DNA of 64,000 bases, from NCBI RefSeq assembly GCF_009914755.1, contig NC_060929.1; one strand, given 5' to 3'. Within the stretch, counting starts at the first letter, position 1, and the number at the start of each line of letters is the position of its first letter. Below the pieces are notes generated by a model, which saw nothing but the letters and a program-made list of their open reading frames with translations, was not told the DNA's origin and searched no databases. A program made the position numbers and the translations under genes. This stretch comes from the human T2T-CHM13v2.0 reference genome, Homo sapiens. Positions 1-15,252 of this stretch are shown in pieces.

Positions 1-2260
1 AAAAAAAACCACATGATTATCTCAATAGATGCAGAAAAGGCCTTCGACAAAATTCAACACCCCTTCATGCTAAAAACTCTAAAAAAATTAGGCACTGATG
101 GAATGTATCTCAAAATAATAAGAGCTATTTATGACAAACAGCCAATACGATACTGAATGTGCAAAACTTGGAAGCATTCCCTTTGAAAACCGCCACAAGA
201 CAAGGATGCCCTCTCTCACAACTCCTATTCAACACAGTATTGGAAGTTCTGGCCAGGGAGATCAGGCAAGAGAAAGAAATAAAGGTATTCAAATAGGAAG
301 AGAGGAAGTCAAATTGTCTCTGTTTGCAGATGTCATGATTGTACATTTAGAAAACCCCATCGTTTCAGCCCCGAATCCCCTTAAGCTGATAAGCAACTTC
401 AGCAAAGTCTCAGGATACAAGATCAATGTGCAAAAATCACAAGCATTCCTATACACCAATAATAGACAAACAAAGAGCCAAACCATGAGTGAATTCCCAT
501 TCACAATTGCAACTAAGAGAATAAAATACCTAGGAATACAACTGACAAGAGATGTGAAGGACCTCTTCAAGGAGAACTACAAACCACTGCTCAAGGAAAT
601 AGGAGAGGACACAAACAAATGGAAAAACATTTCATGCTCATGGATAGGAAAAATCAATATGGTGAAAATGGTGATACTGCCCAAAGTAATTTATAGATTC
701 AATGCTATCCCCATCAAGCTATCACTGACTTTCTTCACATAATTAGAAAAAGCTACTTTAAATTTCATATGGAACCAAAAAAGAGCTCACATAGCCAAGA
801 CAATCCTAAGCACAAAGAAAAAAGCTGGAGGCATCACGCTACCTGATTTCAAACTATACTATAAGGCTACAGTAACCAAAACAGCACGGTACTGGTACCA
901 AAACAGATATATTGACCAATGGAACAGAACAGAGGCCTCAGAAATAACACCACACATCTATAACCATCTGATCTTTGACAAAAATGACACAAACAAGCAA
1001 CTGGGAAAGGATACCCTATTTAATAAATGGTATTGGGAAAACTGGCTAGCCATATGCAGAAAACTGAAACTGGACCCCTTCCTTACACCTTACACAAAAA
1101 TTAACTCAAGATGGATTAAAGACTTAAACATAAGACCTAAATCCATAAAAATCCCAGAAGAAAACCTAGGCAATACCATTCAGGACACAGGCATGAACAA
1201 AGACTTCATGACTAAAACACCGAAAGCAATGGCAACAAAAGTCAAAATTGACAAATGGGATCTAATTAAACTAAAGAGCTTCTGCACAGCAATAGAAACT
1301 ATCATCAGAGTGAACAGGCAACCTACAGAATGGGAGAAAATTTTTGCAATCTATCCATCTGAGAAAGGGCTAATATCCAGAATCTATAAAAACTTAAACA
1401 AATTTACAAGAAAAAAACCATCCCACCAAAAAGTGGGTGAAGGATATGAACAGACACTTCTCAAAAGAAGATATTTATGCAGCCAACAAACATATGGAAA
1501 AAAGCTCATCATAACTGGTCATTAGAGAAATGCAAATCAAAACTACAATGAGATACCATCTCATGCCAGTTAGAATGGCGATCATTAAAAAGTCAGGAAA
1601 CAACAGATGCTGGAGAGGATGTAGAGAAATAGGAACACTTTTACACTGTTGGTGGGAGTGTAAATTAGTTCACCCATTGTGGAAGACAGTGTGGCAATTC
1701 CTCAAGGATCTAGAACCAGAAATACCATTTGACCCAGCAATCTCATTACTGGGTATATACCCAAAGGATTATAAATCATTCTACCAGAAAGACATATGCA
1801 CATGTATGTTTACTGCAGCACTGTTCACAATAGCAAAGACCTGGATCCAACCCAAATGCCCATCAGTGACAGAGTGGATAAAGAAAATGTGGCACATATA
1901 CACTATGGAATACTATGCATCCATAAAAAAGGATGAGTTCATGTCCTTTGCAGGGACATGGATGATGCTGAAAACCATAATTCTCAGGAAACTAACACAA
2001 GAACAGAAAACCAAACACTGCATGTTCTCACTTATAAGTGGGAGTTGAGCAATGAGAACACATGGACACAGGGAGAGGAACATCACACACCGGGGTCTGT
2101 CGGGGGGTGGGGGACTAGGGGAGGGAAAGCATTAGGAGAAATACTTAATGTAGATGACGGGTTGATGGGTGCAGCAAACCACCGTGGCACGTGTATACCT
2201 ATGTAACAAACCTGCACGTTCTGCACATGTATCCCAGAATTTAAGGTATCTATAAAAAAA
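1..2260 (+). mobile_element. LINE-1 (L1PA7/8-like) 3' part: decayed ORF2 RT/C-terminal region, 3'UTR and short A tail; continues off the left edge
   Basis: ORF fragments [58 protein letters not shown] (stop 2046-2048). G-rich 3'UTR and gtaacaaacctgcacgttctgcacatgtatcccag terminus. Stops and frameshifts make it inactive. Confidence 0.97.
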
Positions 2261-2801
2261 CCCACAAACACAATGACAGCCTGTTCCCTGTCATCTCATT
2301 CACACTTATAACTTTTATTTTCTTCCTTCTCCATTCACATCAGTGATGCATCTGTCAACCTCCTTTTTTGCTATTACAAATGTTTATGTCACATGTCCTG
2401 TACTTTCAAGCCCTAGTTCATGCTGACAACCCTAGTTGAAATAGTCTTCTTCCCTTCTATGAATCTTCAAATCCTACCCATCTTTCAAGGTTCAGTTTAA
2501 TGGATCTCTCCTTCTCAATCCCTGAACGTCTTATTGGATCTGATGATTAGATAGAATCCCATATTCTCCTAAATTTCTCTATTACTTAGATCAATAGCTC
2601 CTTTGCAATCCTCATCCCTCTCTCCTGGAAGTATTATATTAGAGCATGAATGGGGATGTTATTGATTCAATGTGTCACTCATTCTTGGTAATACTTAGAT
2701 CTTACCATTGTCTTTGAGACTAATGTGGAGAATGCAGTAGTAAGAGATAGAAGTGTTTTTTTTGGTATGAGTCAAAAATACCACAATGCCTGCCACATTC
2801 A

Positions 2802-3168
<367 letters not shown>

Positions 3169-4322
3169 TTAGATCTTCCCGTCGTAGTGAGAAAAATGAT
3201 AATCCATCTCCCTATTAGCAAGTTTATTTAGTGTTTACTTATCTTCCCATCTGTTCTCTTCTCAAATCTTTTTTTTAATGAGATAGGTTCATCTCATCAG
3301 ACCTAATAATTACTAGTTTTCTCTTCCCTTTGGGTTTTGACCCTTTCTATATCTCTCCCCTTTATGAATGCTTGGGAATTACATACAATATCTGGCTCTC
3401 TTGACCCATCCCTGTAACAATTGCTTGCCTTCTTTAAATTTTTTGTTTAAACATTCTTTCTTATTAACTCATTTTATGACATAATTAAATAGTTAAATAA
3501 TCTTACAAACAGCAGACTGAATAAAAATCTCACCTCATATATGACACCAAGCCTTTACACTTTTAAAATATTTTGCCCCAATGCAATTCTTCTTTACTTC
3601 TTATATAATTTTCTTGTTTAATTTGTTTGTATGATGCCCGCATAATGAATTCAAACAACTAACCACCAAAGTGAAAGTTTAATCTTAATGAAAAAAATTT
3701 TTAACAAAAATAATGCAGGGAATTAATTTATAAATCACATTGTTTCTTACCGCTTCAGCACATCACATTTTCCCTGCTGTTACGAGCGCAATGTTGTGTT
3801 TTATGCTGTTAACATGTAAAAAATAAACTTTTTTATTGAAATAAAAACCTCTACTAAGCTGGTAGAATGAAACATATTTTAATATAGATATTTTAATTAT
3901 TCTTAATTAAAGCCTTGCAGAGATCTTGTATTTGTGCTCTATGGAAAGTTCATAACATATTTAAAGAAGCAGTTTGCTTTAGGGTTTAACCCTTTTATAA
4001 AATGCCTCTAACACTAGAATCTTACATAACTTGAAAAATATAGTCTCAGACATATATTATTTTATTAAAAAAATGCAATACAGTCCCCAGAATAACCGTT
4101 GGAAGAATATTTTGGTAAGAGTGATTTTCAGAATTTGGAGGCTGGGTTAAAGGGCTCAGGGAGGTTGAAGTATGTACCTTTAGCAAGTAAAAAACTGTAT
4201 ATAATTGATCTCAAGACGGAGCCTGAAGTTTTTTGTTTCTAATTCTCTGTTGATTTTCCTTGAATAGTAATTTTGCTTTTGGTTATTTCCAAGTTGGCAT
4301 TCCCAATGCATTACATTTATTA

Positions 4323-4680
4323 ATTAATTCAACAAATATTTGTTAAAGTGCCTGTCTACCTTGTGCCAGGCACTGTTCCAGGTGCTAGGGATGTATAAGT
4401 GAGCCAAACTGACAAAGCTTACATTCTAGTGAGGAGAAGTTGAGGCCAACAAATCATAAATATAACAAATAACTAAAATATATACAGGGCTAGACTGCCA
4501 TAAATGCCATATAAAAATGAAACAGAACAGAAGAAGGGATAGAAATGCAGTTTCAAATGAGGCAGTCAGGATAGGAAACACCGAGAAGGTGATATTTGAA
4601 CAAAGATCCAAAGAAAATGAGGGGTGAGCCTGTGGTTATCTAAGGGTAGTTCATTCTAGGCAGAGGCCAATGCAAAGAAG
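4323..4680 (-). mobile_element. L2 3' fragment
   Basis: attcaacaaatatttg...tgtgccaggcactgttccaggtgctagggat...gcttacattctagtg matches reverse complement of the L2 3' end. Confidence 0.75.
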
Positions 4681-4792
4681 TGGAAATAACTCATTGCATG
4701 TCAGCCTCTGCTAATACCAGGAAAGTAATTTAATCGAAGCAAAATTTTACAGATGAACACTCTAATATTTGTGATATTTCTTTTATTACATT

Positions 4793-4990
4793 TTATTTAA
4801 CATTCATCCAATAAATATTTACTGAGTACAAACTATATGTTAGGCATTGAAGCAATAATGATTATAAGATAGACACACATTTTGTCCTCATGAAGCTTAC
4901 AGTTTATTGTAGGTAGGAGAGGCAATAGATACTGCACAGTAACATATGCTATGGTGGGGGTCATGCAGGGTGCCATGGGGGCAGAGAATA
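4793..4990 (-). mobile_element. L2 3' fragment
   Basis: cattcatccaataaatatttactgagtac...tgtcctcatgaagcttacagttta. Confidence 0.65.
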
Positions 4991-5119
4991 GAAGCTCTTC
5001 CAGGTTACAGGAGATAGAATTTCAGAGATAAAACTCCTAGAAATTAAAGTCTTTCATTTCTGCTCCCAACAGCACAGTTATCAGAATAGACTGAATATAG
5101 AACCAAATAATAAATGCTG

Positions 5120-5295
5120 TACAACATCCTCACAACATCCTATGTAGTAAGCCCTACTCTTATCAGTTCTCAGGTGAAGGAATGGAAGTACAGAGAGAGT
5201 GGCAACTTGACAATAGATACAGAGATAGAAAAGTGGCACAGAAAGGAAACAAACTCAGGCAGTATAGCTTCAGAGCCTGTGCTTTTAACCACTAT
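5120..5295 (-). mobile_element. MIR SINE
   Basis: atcctcacaacatcctatg...cttcagagcctgtgcttttaaccactat is a reverse-complement MIR. Confidence 0.7.
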
Positions 5296-8200
5296 CTTAA
5301 ACATACTCTCTGAGCAGCATGCATGTGTGATAATTTGTTAATGAATAAAGCCCTCTAGGTATTTTCTAGCTGCGTATAGGTAAGGCTTGGTACAGACTAT
5401 CTGAATAGTTTGGTTCGCAAAAAAGTTTTTATCAGCATGACCTAGAATGTGGAAAGACTATTTTTGTCTAAAAATTAAAATCCAATCATCTTATTCGTAC
5501 TGTGATGTGAACTTCTGACACTGGTATTCACTAACCATTAATATAAAAAGAATGCACTAGGAGCAGCTCTTTGGAATCCCCCCTTCCCTCAGTTTTTTGA
5601 CAGTTTCGATAAGTGGAGAACAATCTCCCTGTTAATTTGACTGCTGTCTATTGAGTGCAATGGATTTTGCCAAATGTCCAGAGTCCACAAATAAATGTAA
5701 AAATCTGTCCTCCCCTGGAGCTTCAGGCTTGTGCTCAGACACTACCTTCACAGTTAGACAACAGCCTGGTTTCTGCTGCGACTGCCAGTAAAGACAACAG
5801 GGATGTTCTGTACCAAGTTTCAAGTTACGTGAATTCTAAACTACTAAAAAGTTGTCAGATGACAGCCATTCTAGGTAGAAACGGCACTAGTATACTAGAT
5901 GAAAAATCTAGATGAGATCAGAACAGAGGCCCAGAGGTCCATGTGGCTGTAGGAGTGGGCTACGGAGCCTTGCAGAACTATGTATTTGCTCTGTCCTGCT
6001 CCTTGACTAGTTAGACACCTGGAGATTCTAACTGGGATTGCACAAATTCTATCTGGTGAGGAAATAACATTTTTTGACAATAATAAGTAACACAAATTCC
6101 AGGTGAAATTCTTAGAAAGACATAAACGGAAGAATAATTGTATATTTATATACAATTATATGGAAACAGCAGGCTTGGGAATTAGAATCCTATCATTTTT
6201 AAGACCATGGATACTTTTCTAATAATATTCTTAGCAGAAAGCCATTGAATGATTTAGCAAATATTGTATGAATTTTTACACTACTTACATGCATATATCT
6301 TTACTGTACAACTTGGTTATTTTCAGGTATGATGTACCTAATGTTAGATAACATTGAAGCTTCCTGTCTCATAAATCATCCCTAAGGCAAATCCATCAAA
6401 ACAGAATATCCTAACAGCTTAACTGATGGGGAGACATAGAATATTAGAGAAAAGTTAGATTCAGGTATACATTTTAAACGAAAAGGAAGAAAAATGATTT
6501 TATCAACTGAATTTAGGGTAATGGTAGTTATAATGATAAAAGTAGTCAGAATAGGATAAAGGAATTTTGAAAAAAAAATGGTGATCAAAGATTAATGCTA
6601 AATTGAAATAGAATGCCAATGCTATTATCTGAGTGTTACTATCTCCTGCAGCAGAAGGAATCATAATCAATTTTCTATTTATAAAGAGAGTACTACTTAT
6701 TATGAAAGGAAAATACTGACCAGGCTTATAGAGATGGCAACAAAATGCAACAGTTGTGATTACTAATTTTTAGTTTTATCTTATTCCCGTTTCCTTCAAA
6801 GCAGATAAACGTTTCCATATTATGTAAATAACATACAGATTTTAAAATTCAGTAAATAAAAATATATAACAAAATATGTAACTGGTACTCCTAAGTACTT
6901 ACTATTATCCTGGATAGAACTTTTATTGAGACATTAAAAACACTCTCTCTGTAAAACACTAGATTGCCTCTGAGAGATAAAAAATTCATAAATTTACAAT
7001 GGTAACCAAATGAAAACGCAGAGTAAACTTTCTAGATGAAAATACGGCTCTCCTAACCAAATGCTGAAAAACAAGAGCAATGTAATATGCACTAGATTCA
7101 TATTGTGGGGAATGTGTTTGTATCTAATCTAATGCTTGCATACATTATTCCTATGCTTTGAGAACAGAATAACAATTGTAATTTTGCTCTGAATCAAAAT
7201 AACAGAATCTGTCATTTGACGTGCTGTAGTGTTTGCACTTTCATTATTGTTCATAGAATAATTGTATGCTTCTTTTTACTGTTATTTTGTAGCAGTTTAT
7301 CTCTTTTAAAATGCTATTCAAATGAGCTTCAGCATGAATCTCAAAGTCAAAATCAGTCACTATGTTTTAGCAGACACTTTCAATACGCCCATACATATAC
7401 TTACGCATATCTGTTTTGATAAAATGTGATTCTTATATGCATAGTATGTTATTTCACCACAATTTGCATTGTTATAATAGGTTATTGACTGATTTTTCAG
7501 TTTAAGGGACTAAGGTAGTATTCAGTAATGAATGAGTGCTACAAGTTTATTGCAAGTGCCCAAGGTTCACTCACCCCAAGCAATTTAGTCAATAACCAAT
7601 TTTTATAGTTCTATCTCCTTCAAAATTCCAAACCAATAATCCCTGTTTTTTTTTTTAATTATTTCAGTATCAGACTAACATTTCCCATGGAAATCAATAT
7701 AGGTGCGATCCACTAGCCAAAAATCTGCAGCACTGCAATGCAAACATATTAAAAATATTGATCTTGCAAAGCTACTGATGTTTTGATTGACTTTAATGTT
7801 GGTAAGCAGCAATAACAGAATTTCAATGACTGAAACAAACTTTTGATTAAAATTATAGATCTTTTGGGGGGAATTTGCTATTTTACTGGCTTAAAGCATA
7901 TCACATGGCTTACTTGCCTGCCGTAAATGAGTGCAGTGGGATATACTTATCCAATTCCTTATTTGTAAATATGTAGTCCATCACAGCTTACACATCTTTA
8001 ATCTACTTTGAACTGCCCTGACATTTCAATTCAACTTCTCATTATAGCACATGGTGGGGTGACGTTTTCAGACTAAGAGTGGCAGGAATTGAGAGCTTTA
8101 ATCCTTCTTTTACTATTATGCAATCTTTGGGAAGGCATTTTATTCTCAGTTTAAATTCCCCAAATGTAAAAATGGAATTAACCTTGGGAATCAATGAACA

Positions 8201-8384
8201 TTCTTATTACATTTTGAGATCAGTTGACAGTAAAGACCGTAACTTATACATACAAAAGATTATCTGATCCGAAGATATGTCCCTTAAAGGAAGAACAGAA
8301 TTTTGCAGCCATTTAGTGATCACCTAGCAATGCTCTCATTTTATGTATGAAGAGACTAAGGTCCTAAAAGGTACAGACAACACA

Positions 8385-8692
8385 AGGAGCTCCTCACTGA
8401 GGCCTCTCCTGACCACGCTATATAAAACATACCACTGGGCCCCATCAGGTACTCTCTCACCACTTAGCCTACTGAATTTTTATCCTAACATCACTATCTA
8501 AAACATAAACTTTATATGTCGATTTGTCTACCTAGTATCTATTTTCTCTTCTGAAATGTAAGCTCTATGCAACAGAGCTTACATTTGGCTATGAAAAGGA
8601 ATTTTGCTTATCCTTTTCATAGCCAAATCCCTAGTATTCAGAAAAGTATCTGACATACAGGGGGCTCAATAAGCATTTCTGAATAAATGAAG
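8385..8692 (+). mobile_element. L2 3' end
   Basis: gaggcctctcctgaccac...aatgtaagctctatg...ggctcaataagcatttctgaataaatgaa. Confidence 0.7.
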
Positions 8693-9349
8693 GAAAGAAG
8701 GAGCCAGATCCACTAATGGAAGGGTTGGGTTGGGTAGGGGTGAAGTGGGCTTGATTCTCTTAACTCTCAGTCCAGTGTTGCTATGAAGTCTCCTTCTTAA
8801 TATGTTCCTTTCACTTCCCTGGGTTCTCAGATGTAAGCATCAAAGGGAATTTGCATCCATATCTATTATACATATTTTTGTTAAAGTTCACAGATATTTT
8901 CAAGTTTAAGAGTTTCATTATTTAATTATTAATCCTTCACCTGGATTTTTTCTCCATTTGTTTGCTCTACCTTCCACCACGTTAAAACTGTCATAAATTC
9001 TTTATTTTTACTTGTGACATTTTATTGCAATAAAAAGATCGATAGTTTAAATAAAAAATGAAAATTAAAAATGACCCATTTATCAGCTGCTTATTTCATT
9101 TCTACCACAATCACTCCCATATAGTCCTTCTGGAAAAGCACCAAGGTATAACTTGCAAATGTGCAGGGACTTTGGCCTCCTCATGAATTTTATTAGTTTT
9201 CCCCAAATTACCCTAAACACATACACAATATATTTGTAAGTATACAATACAGCTTGAAGACAAATTCCCTGTTCCTCTTCCAGAGGCTGCTACCATGGCA
9301 AACCTTCAGGAACTGCCTCTGGTGCTGCCGTTCTCTGGCGAGTGTCGGC

Positions 9350-9520
9350 GAAGTAGTGTGGTTTGCAACTATCAGATCTGGATTAGAATCTCAACTCCCC
9401 CACTTACAAACCACATGAACCTCTGTTTACTCATCTGTAAAAAAAGATCATAACACCCACTATAAAGGTAAGCTGTTGGGAGCAAATAAGATGCACATAA
9501 AGTGAATGGCACAAAGCAGG
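9350..9520 (+). mobile_element. MIR SINE
   Basis: cagatctggattagaatctcaactcccccacttac...ctctgtttactcatctgtaaaa core. Confidence 0.65.
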
Positions 9521-10375
9521 GATGCAAACAGGGTTAGTTCCCTTCTTACCTTCACACATTTGTGGAAAAAATAGCTAACTTAATGCTTTCTCTTTCTTAG
9601 TGCACTGAAAAAGTGTTTAGATATTTATGTGAGATCACTAATGGTTTTTGCGAATCAATAAGAGGCAGAATGGAAGGTAAAACTATTTCAAAGAACTGAC
9701 AGATGTGATCAAGTCACTAAATGATGTACTGTAGTTACTAGAGAAGGTATCTCTACACAAGCACCAGTGGCCGAAGGGTGGCAAGTGATGTTACATTTTG
9801 GGCAGGGATTATGCCATTTCTTTCTTCCACTTGCCCCTACATCTGGCTATTCCATCTCTGCAAGCAGTCTGGTGCCCTCAGTACCCTAATATTCTCACAC
9901 TCCTTAATCCATTCCTGGAAGCCACCTTCAGTTTCATAAACATCTACCCTCAGTCTGCTATTGAAAACAGCACCCTATCAGCAGCTCTGTTTGAACACTC
10001 ACTGAGACTCCTGATGTCTATCTGTCGCTCTGGAGTTGCAAAGCTGGTAGGCTCAGGATGAGCTCTCATGGGGCTGTTAAAGGTCGAGAGGCAGTAAGCT
10101 AGGCTAGTCCTTTCAAAGTGGCATCATACTGCATGATGACTCAAAATGGCTTCAAAGAAGGCAAAGGTTACCTGCTAGGGGATGTGCATCTGAGGGAAGA
10201 TCAACAAAATATTAAAGATAATGATAGGTTTTCTTAAAGGTTTATTTTTACTTTTAGAAATAAGGACTGTTAAGTATGAGATGATGGGAAAGGCCAGTAT
10301 GCCAACAGGAGAAATGGTTCTTTTTATTATTTCTGCCCAAGTATGTAGTGGACTTGCAACAAACTTATAACTCTT

Positions 10376-10707
<332 letters not shown>

Positions 10708-10857
10708 CTACTCCCTTAGCACTGCTATTACTCTGGCTCTGCAGTGGAAAGCCTGACTGAAACATACACCTGATTTAATCACACACCATCCAATGTGTCA
10801 GTGGTACCACACGGAGTGTGTCCCCTTTGCTCTCCAGGCCACTGCTAGAACCATCAG

Positions 10858-11030
10858 ATCTTCACTTTTTGGGGACTATTTACCCCTTTGAGAATATGAG
10901 AAGAGCTATGATTCTCCACCACATATACTAATTGTATCTAATCTACCAATTCGACACAGAATTTCAAAGGGTTCATATAACTCACTACAGCTCATCCATA
11001 AATCCCCCAGGCCTTGGGGGTATTCAAGGG
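10858..11030. mobile_element. Ancient hAT-Charlie-type MITE fragment (MER103-like); second copy at ~40490-40625
   Basis: ttttggggac...cccctttgagaatatgagaagagctatg...aatttcaaagggttca resembles a recalled MER consensus. Confidence 0.45.
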
Positions 11031-11675
11031 CAATCAATCCTCTCGTGTTGGAAAATATCAAGATGCCTGCTTTCCTCACAGGACTGTAGGTACATAGTAT
11101 AAAGACATCTGCTTTGGGTAAAGAGGGGAAGGAGAGGAGAGAGGCAAGTTTTAAAAGGAAAGTATCATTTTCCCTCAAGTTAGAAAGCATTCAGATAAAG
11201 AAAAAAGACCATTCAAATGCCAGGACTTGGATGCATGCAACATAAGTTAAATGCATGCAAGTGGGAGATTTGGCTTAATTCCAAGCACAAAATATTTCAG
11301 CTCCATGGGGAAAGTTAACCATAGGCCAAAATCTCAAGGCATATATGTAATTCACTTAGTATTTTAAAAGGTCCAATATTTTAATGTCTTAAGAAATTCT
11401 CAAACTTCCTGAAATTTTAATGGTGCAAACATTTTAAATATAGAGGGCTAGCAGTTCTTGAGAAGTATTTTGGCACAGATTTTAACGGAGATTTGTTGAT
11501 CTTTTTTCAGGGACACACTGGCAAATTTAAAACATAGTTATTGAGAAGAACACCTCCCTAATTTATAACTATTTTAAGGCGCATCAGATTAAGGTCTGAA
11601 ACTTCCTGACATTATGCTTCTAAATTGTAGGGTAAAGCATTTGTCCTCTTTAACTGAAGAAAAAATTGGGAAAAA

Positions 11676-11676
<1 letters not shown>

Positions 11677-11732
<56 letters not shown>
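11677..11732. repeat. Compound microsatellite (TG)21(TA)7
   Basis: Directly visible. Confidence 0.98.
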
Positions 11733-11733
<1 letters not shown>

Positions 11734-12029
11734 GTATAAAGACTTTGTATATGTGTATTCAAAAGCTCAAATTCTGGTTACCAGTCCTCCACATACACTT
11801 CAATTAAGCAACTATTGGTCAGAGAGCATAGAGTAAATGCCCTTCACTGAAAACTCAATTAAGCTTGCAGAGAAATGATTAGTAATGTCAAAAGAGAAAT
11901 TTCAACTCAAATAACATTGTATTTGAGATTACTTGCTAAATTTTTAAATGGGGGTTTGGGGATTGGAAGTTCTTAACGTATAATGCCCTTTTCCCATAAA
12001 CTGGCCTTTTAACCTTACATTAAAAATAT

Positions 12030-12640
12030 GGCTAGAAAAACAGATTGATAATTCCTCAAGAAGTTAAACAGAAAATTACTATATGACCCAGCAATTCCAC
12101 TTATAGGTATAGAACCCACAAAATTAAAAACAGATGTTCAAACAAACACTTATACATGAATGTTCATAGCAGCATGATTCATAGTAGCCAAAAAGTGAAA
12201 ACAAGCCAAATGTCTTTCATTTGATGAATGAGCAAACTAAATGTGGTGTATCTATACAATAGAATATTATCTGGCAATAAAAAGTAATAAAGAATTGATA
12301 CATACTACAACATGGTTCAGTCTTGAGAAGCTTATGCTAAATGAAAGAAGCCAGCCACAAAAAGCCACATATTCTGTGATTCAATTTATATGAAATGTTC
12401 AGAATAGCAAATGCACAGAATCACTGAAGCAAATTAGTGGTTGCCAGGGACTGAAAGGAGGAGAGAATGGTGAGTGATTGCTTTATGGGTCTAAAGTTTC
12501 TTTTTGGAGTGATGAAAATGTTCCAGAATTAAACAGTGGTGATGGCTACAACACTGCGCATATACTGGAAATTACTGAACTGTGCTCCTTTAAATGGCTA
12601 CAATGGTGAATTTCATGTTATGTGTATTTCCATAAAAATT
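12030..12640 (+). mobile_element. L1MB-type 3' end (ORF2 tail and 3'UTR)
   Basis: atatgacccagcaattccact...aatgttcatagcagc...ttttggagtgatgaaaatgttccagaatta. Confidence 0.9.
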
Positions 12641-12650
12641 GTGGCCAGGA

Positions 12651-12965
<315 letters not shown>

Positions 12966-13610
12966 TTATTTATTATGATTCTAGTAAAGAAAGACACTAA
13001 TGAAATCAATTTCTACTGAAATTAAACACTGGATATGATCATAAGAGCTCTTTTTTAAACTCATAATATATCCATGTGTGTTTGAGTAGGCTGTGCCTCA
13101 ATAAGTGGGAAATTAATCATCTGGATAGTTATGAATATTCTCATAAGTCTATACAGTATTTATAATTCTGGCAAAACAAGACAAGGAAAAATGGGAAAAT
13201 AAACTTTCTTTGCCCAGAATTCATTGGGAGGCTGAACAAGTTTGTTTTGCTTTAGAAGTGTTGTCAACAAAATTTTACTGAAATGTAAGGATTAAATTGG
13301 CAAAAAATAAAGGATTTACTTTTTTGTATTTACTTTTCACGATGTCCAAAAGCAGCCAGGTTTTCTCGCCTACATAATACAATGCAAGATCTACTTGGTA
13401 AGATTGGGGAAGTCTGAAATGAAGTAAGTTTACCAAATATTCATAAAGCATCTAGTTATGTACTTGTACAATAATCATTATGTTACACTTAATTTTTAAT
13501 ATTATACTCAATTTTTTAAATTAAAAAATTCATTATTTTTTGGCATTTATTCTTTTAAAATAAGTATACAAGGGTACAAATTTCTCTGTTTAGTAATCTA
13601 GCTACACTAA

Positions 13611-13961
<351 letters not shown>

Positions 13962-14029
13962 TGATCTTTAAATTATTTGGAAGACTTTTACTTTAATCTC
14001 TTCTCTACCCATTTACTCCTTTCCTCAAC

Positions 14030-14190
14030 TTTTATTGTAAAAATGTTTAAACGTGTAAGAGTTTCAGTAGTGCTATGAATGCCCATATGCCTTTCCCCTA
14101 GATTCAATAATTGTTAACATTTTGCCACATTCATTTCATCTCTTTCATTCCCTGTACATGTATTTTTTTTCCTCTGAATCATTTGAGAGC
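14030..14190 (-). mobile_element. Old L1M (L1MC/ME-like) 3'UTR fragment
   Basis: cccatatgcctttcccctagattcaataattgttaacattttgccaca...ctgaatcatttgagag. Confidence 0.55.
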
Positions 14191-14459
14191 TACAAACAAA
14201 AATAATTTAACAACTGCACCTCATGTATTTGAATTTAATGCCAAAGTCACAAGAGTCATATTGGGATACATTTTTAAAATTATAGTCATCCACCTTCATA
14301 AAAGTTTTAAAAAGGCACTATAATTATCTTGACTTTTCTGTAAAATTCCTCACTATACTATAAGCTCTAGGAAGGCGACATGTTTTCTATTTCTTTGGTA
14401 TGATAACAGTCTCATGTATGACTTTGAGTTATTGTTTCACCTTGAAGGGTCCCCTACAT

Positions 14460-14796
14460 CAGCAGTCCCCAACCTTTTTGGCATCAGGGACTGGTTTTGT
14501 GGAAGACAATTTTTCCACACATGGGGAGTGGGGGATGGTTTCAGGATGAAACTGTTCCACCTCAGATCATCATGCGTTAGATTCTCATAAGAAGCTCAAC
14601 CTAGATCCTTCGCATGTGGAGTTGACAGCAGGATTCCGCTCCTATGAGAATCTAATGCCTCTGCTGATCTGACAGGAGGCGGAGCTCAGGTGGTAATGCT
14701 GGCTCTCTGCTAACCGCTCACCTCCTGCTGTGTGACCCAGTTCCTAACAGGCCAGGGACCAGTACTGGTCCATGGCCTCTGGGTTGGGGAACCTCG
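14460..14796. mobile_element. MER1B-like hAT-Charlie DNA transposon relic
   Basis: Terminal inverted repeats cagcagtccccaacc / ggttggggaacctcg; internal ttagattctcataag...ctatgagaatctaa inverted motif; about 340 bp. Confidence 0.88.
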
Positions 14797-14959
14797 CTCT
14801 GCACCTTCCAATTCATCTTCTTTTTTCCAAGTCCTGTCTTCCATAAACACACCACACATATTTATACATTTATTCCATTAGCCTTGGAATAGTTAAAGCA
14901 CTTGTGTGTAACCCTCTCATCTGGGTACCTATTTTCTGCTGTAACTTGAAATTTAAATT

Positions 14960-15252
14960 TAAACGATATAAAGTTTAGGTATAAGATTTATTAGTTCTGG
15001 GGATCTAATGTACACTATGGTGACTGTAGTAAACTACTGTATTATATATTTGAAATTTGCTAAGAAAGTAGATGGTAAGTGTTCTTACCACCCACCCCCA
15101 CCCCACCACACACACAAATGGTAACTATGTAATGGAATTAATATGGACTGATTGTGGTAATCATTTCACAAGGTATACACATGTCAATCACCATGTTGTA
15201 TACCTTGAATATATACAATTTTTGTCAATTATGCCCCAATAAAGCTGAGGAA
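14960..15252 (+). mobile_element. L1MA/MB-type 3'UTR end
   Basis: gatctaatgtacactatggtgactgtag...ttgaaatttgctaagaaagtagat...gtcaattatgccccaataaagctg. Confidence 0.85.

Noticed and set aside
131-2048. 203-, 110- and 172-aa ORFs as protein-coding genes
   Set aside because: Fragments of a broken L1 ORF2; the same applies to ORFs at 18453-19205, 43474-44031 and 63431-63709 (ORF1)
2092-2126. G-rich quadruplex-like tract
   Set aside because: Ordinary feature of L1PA 3'UTRs
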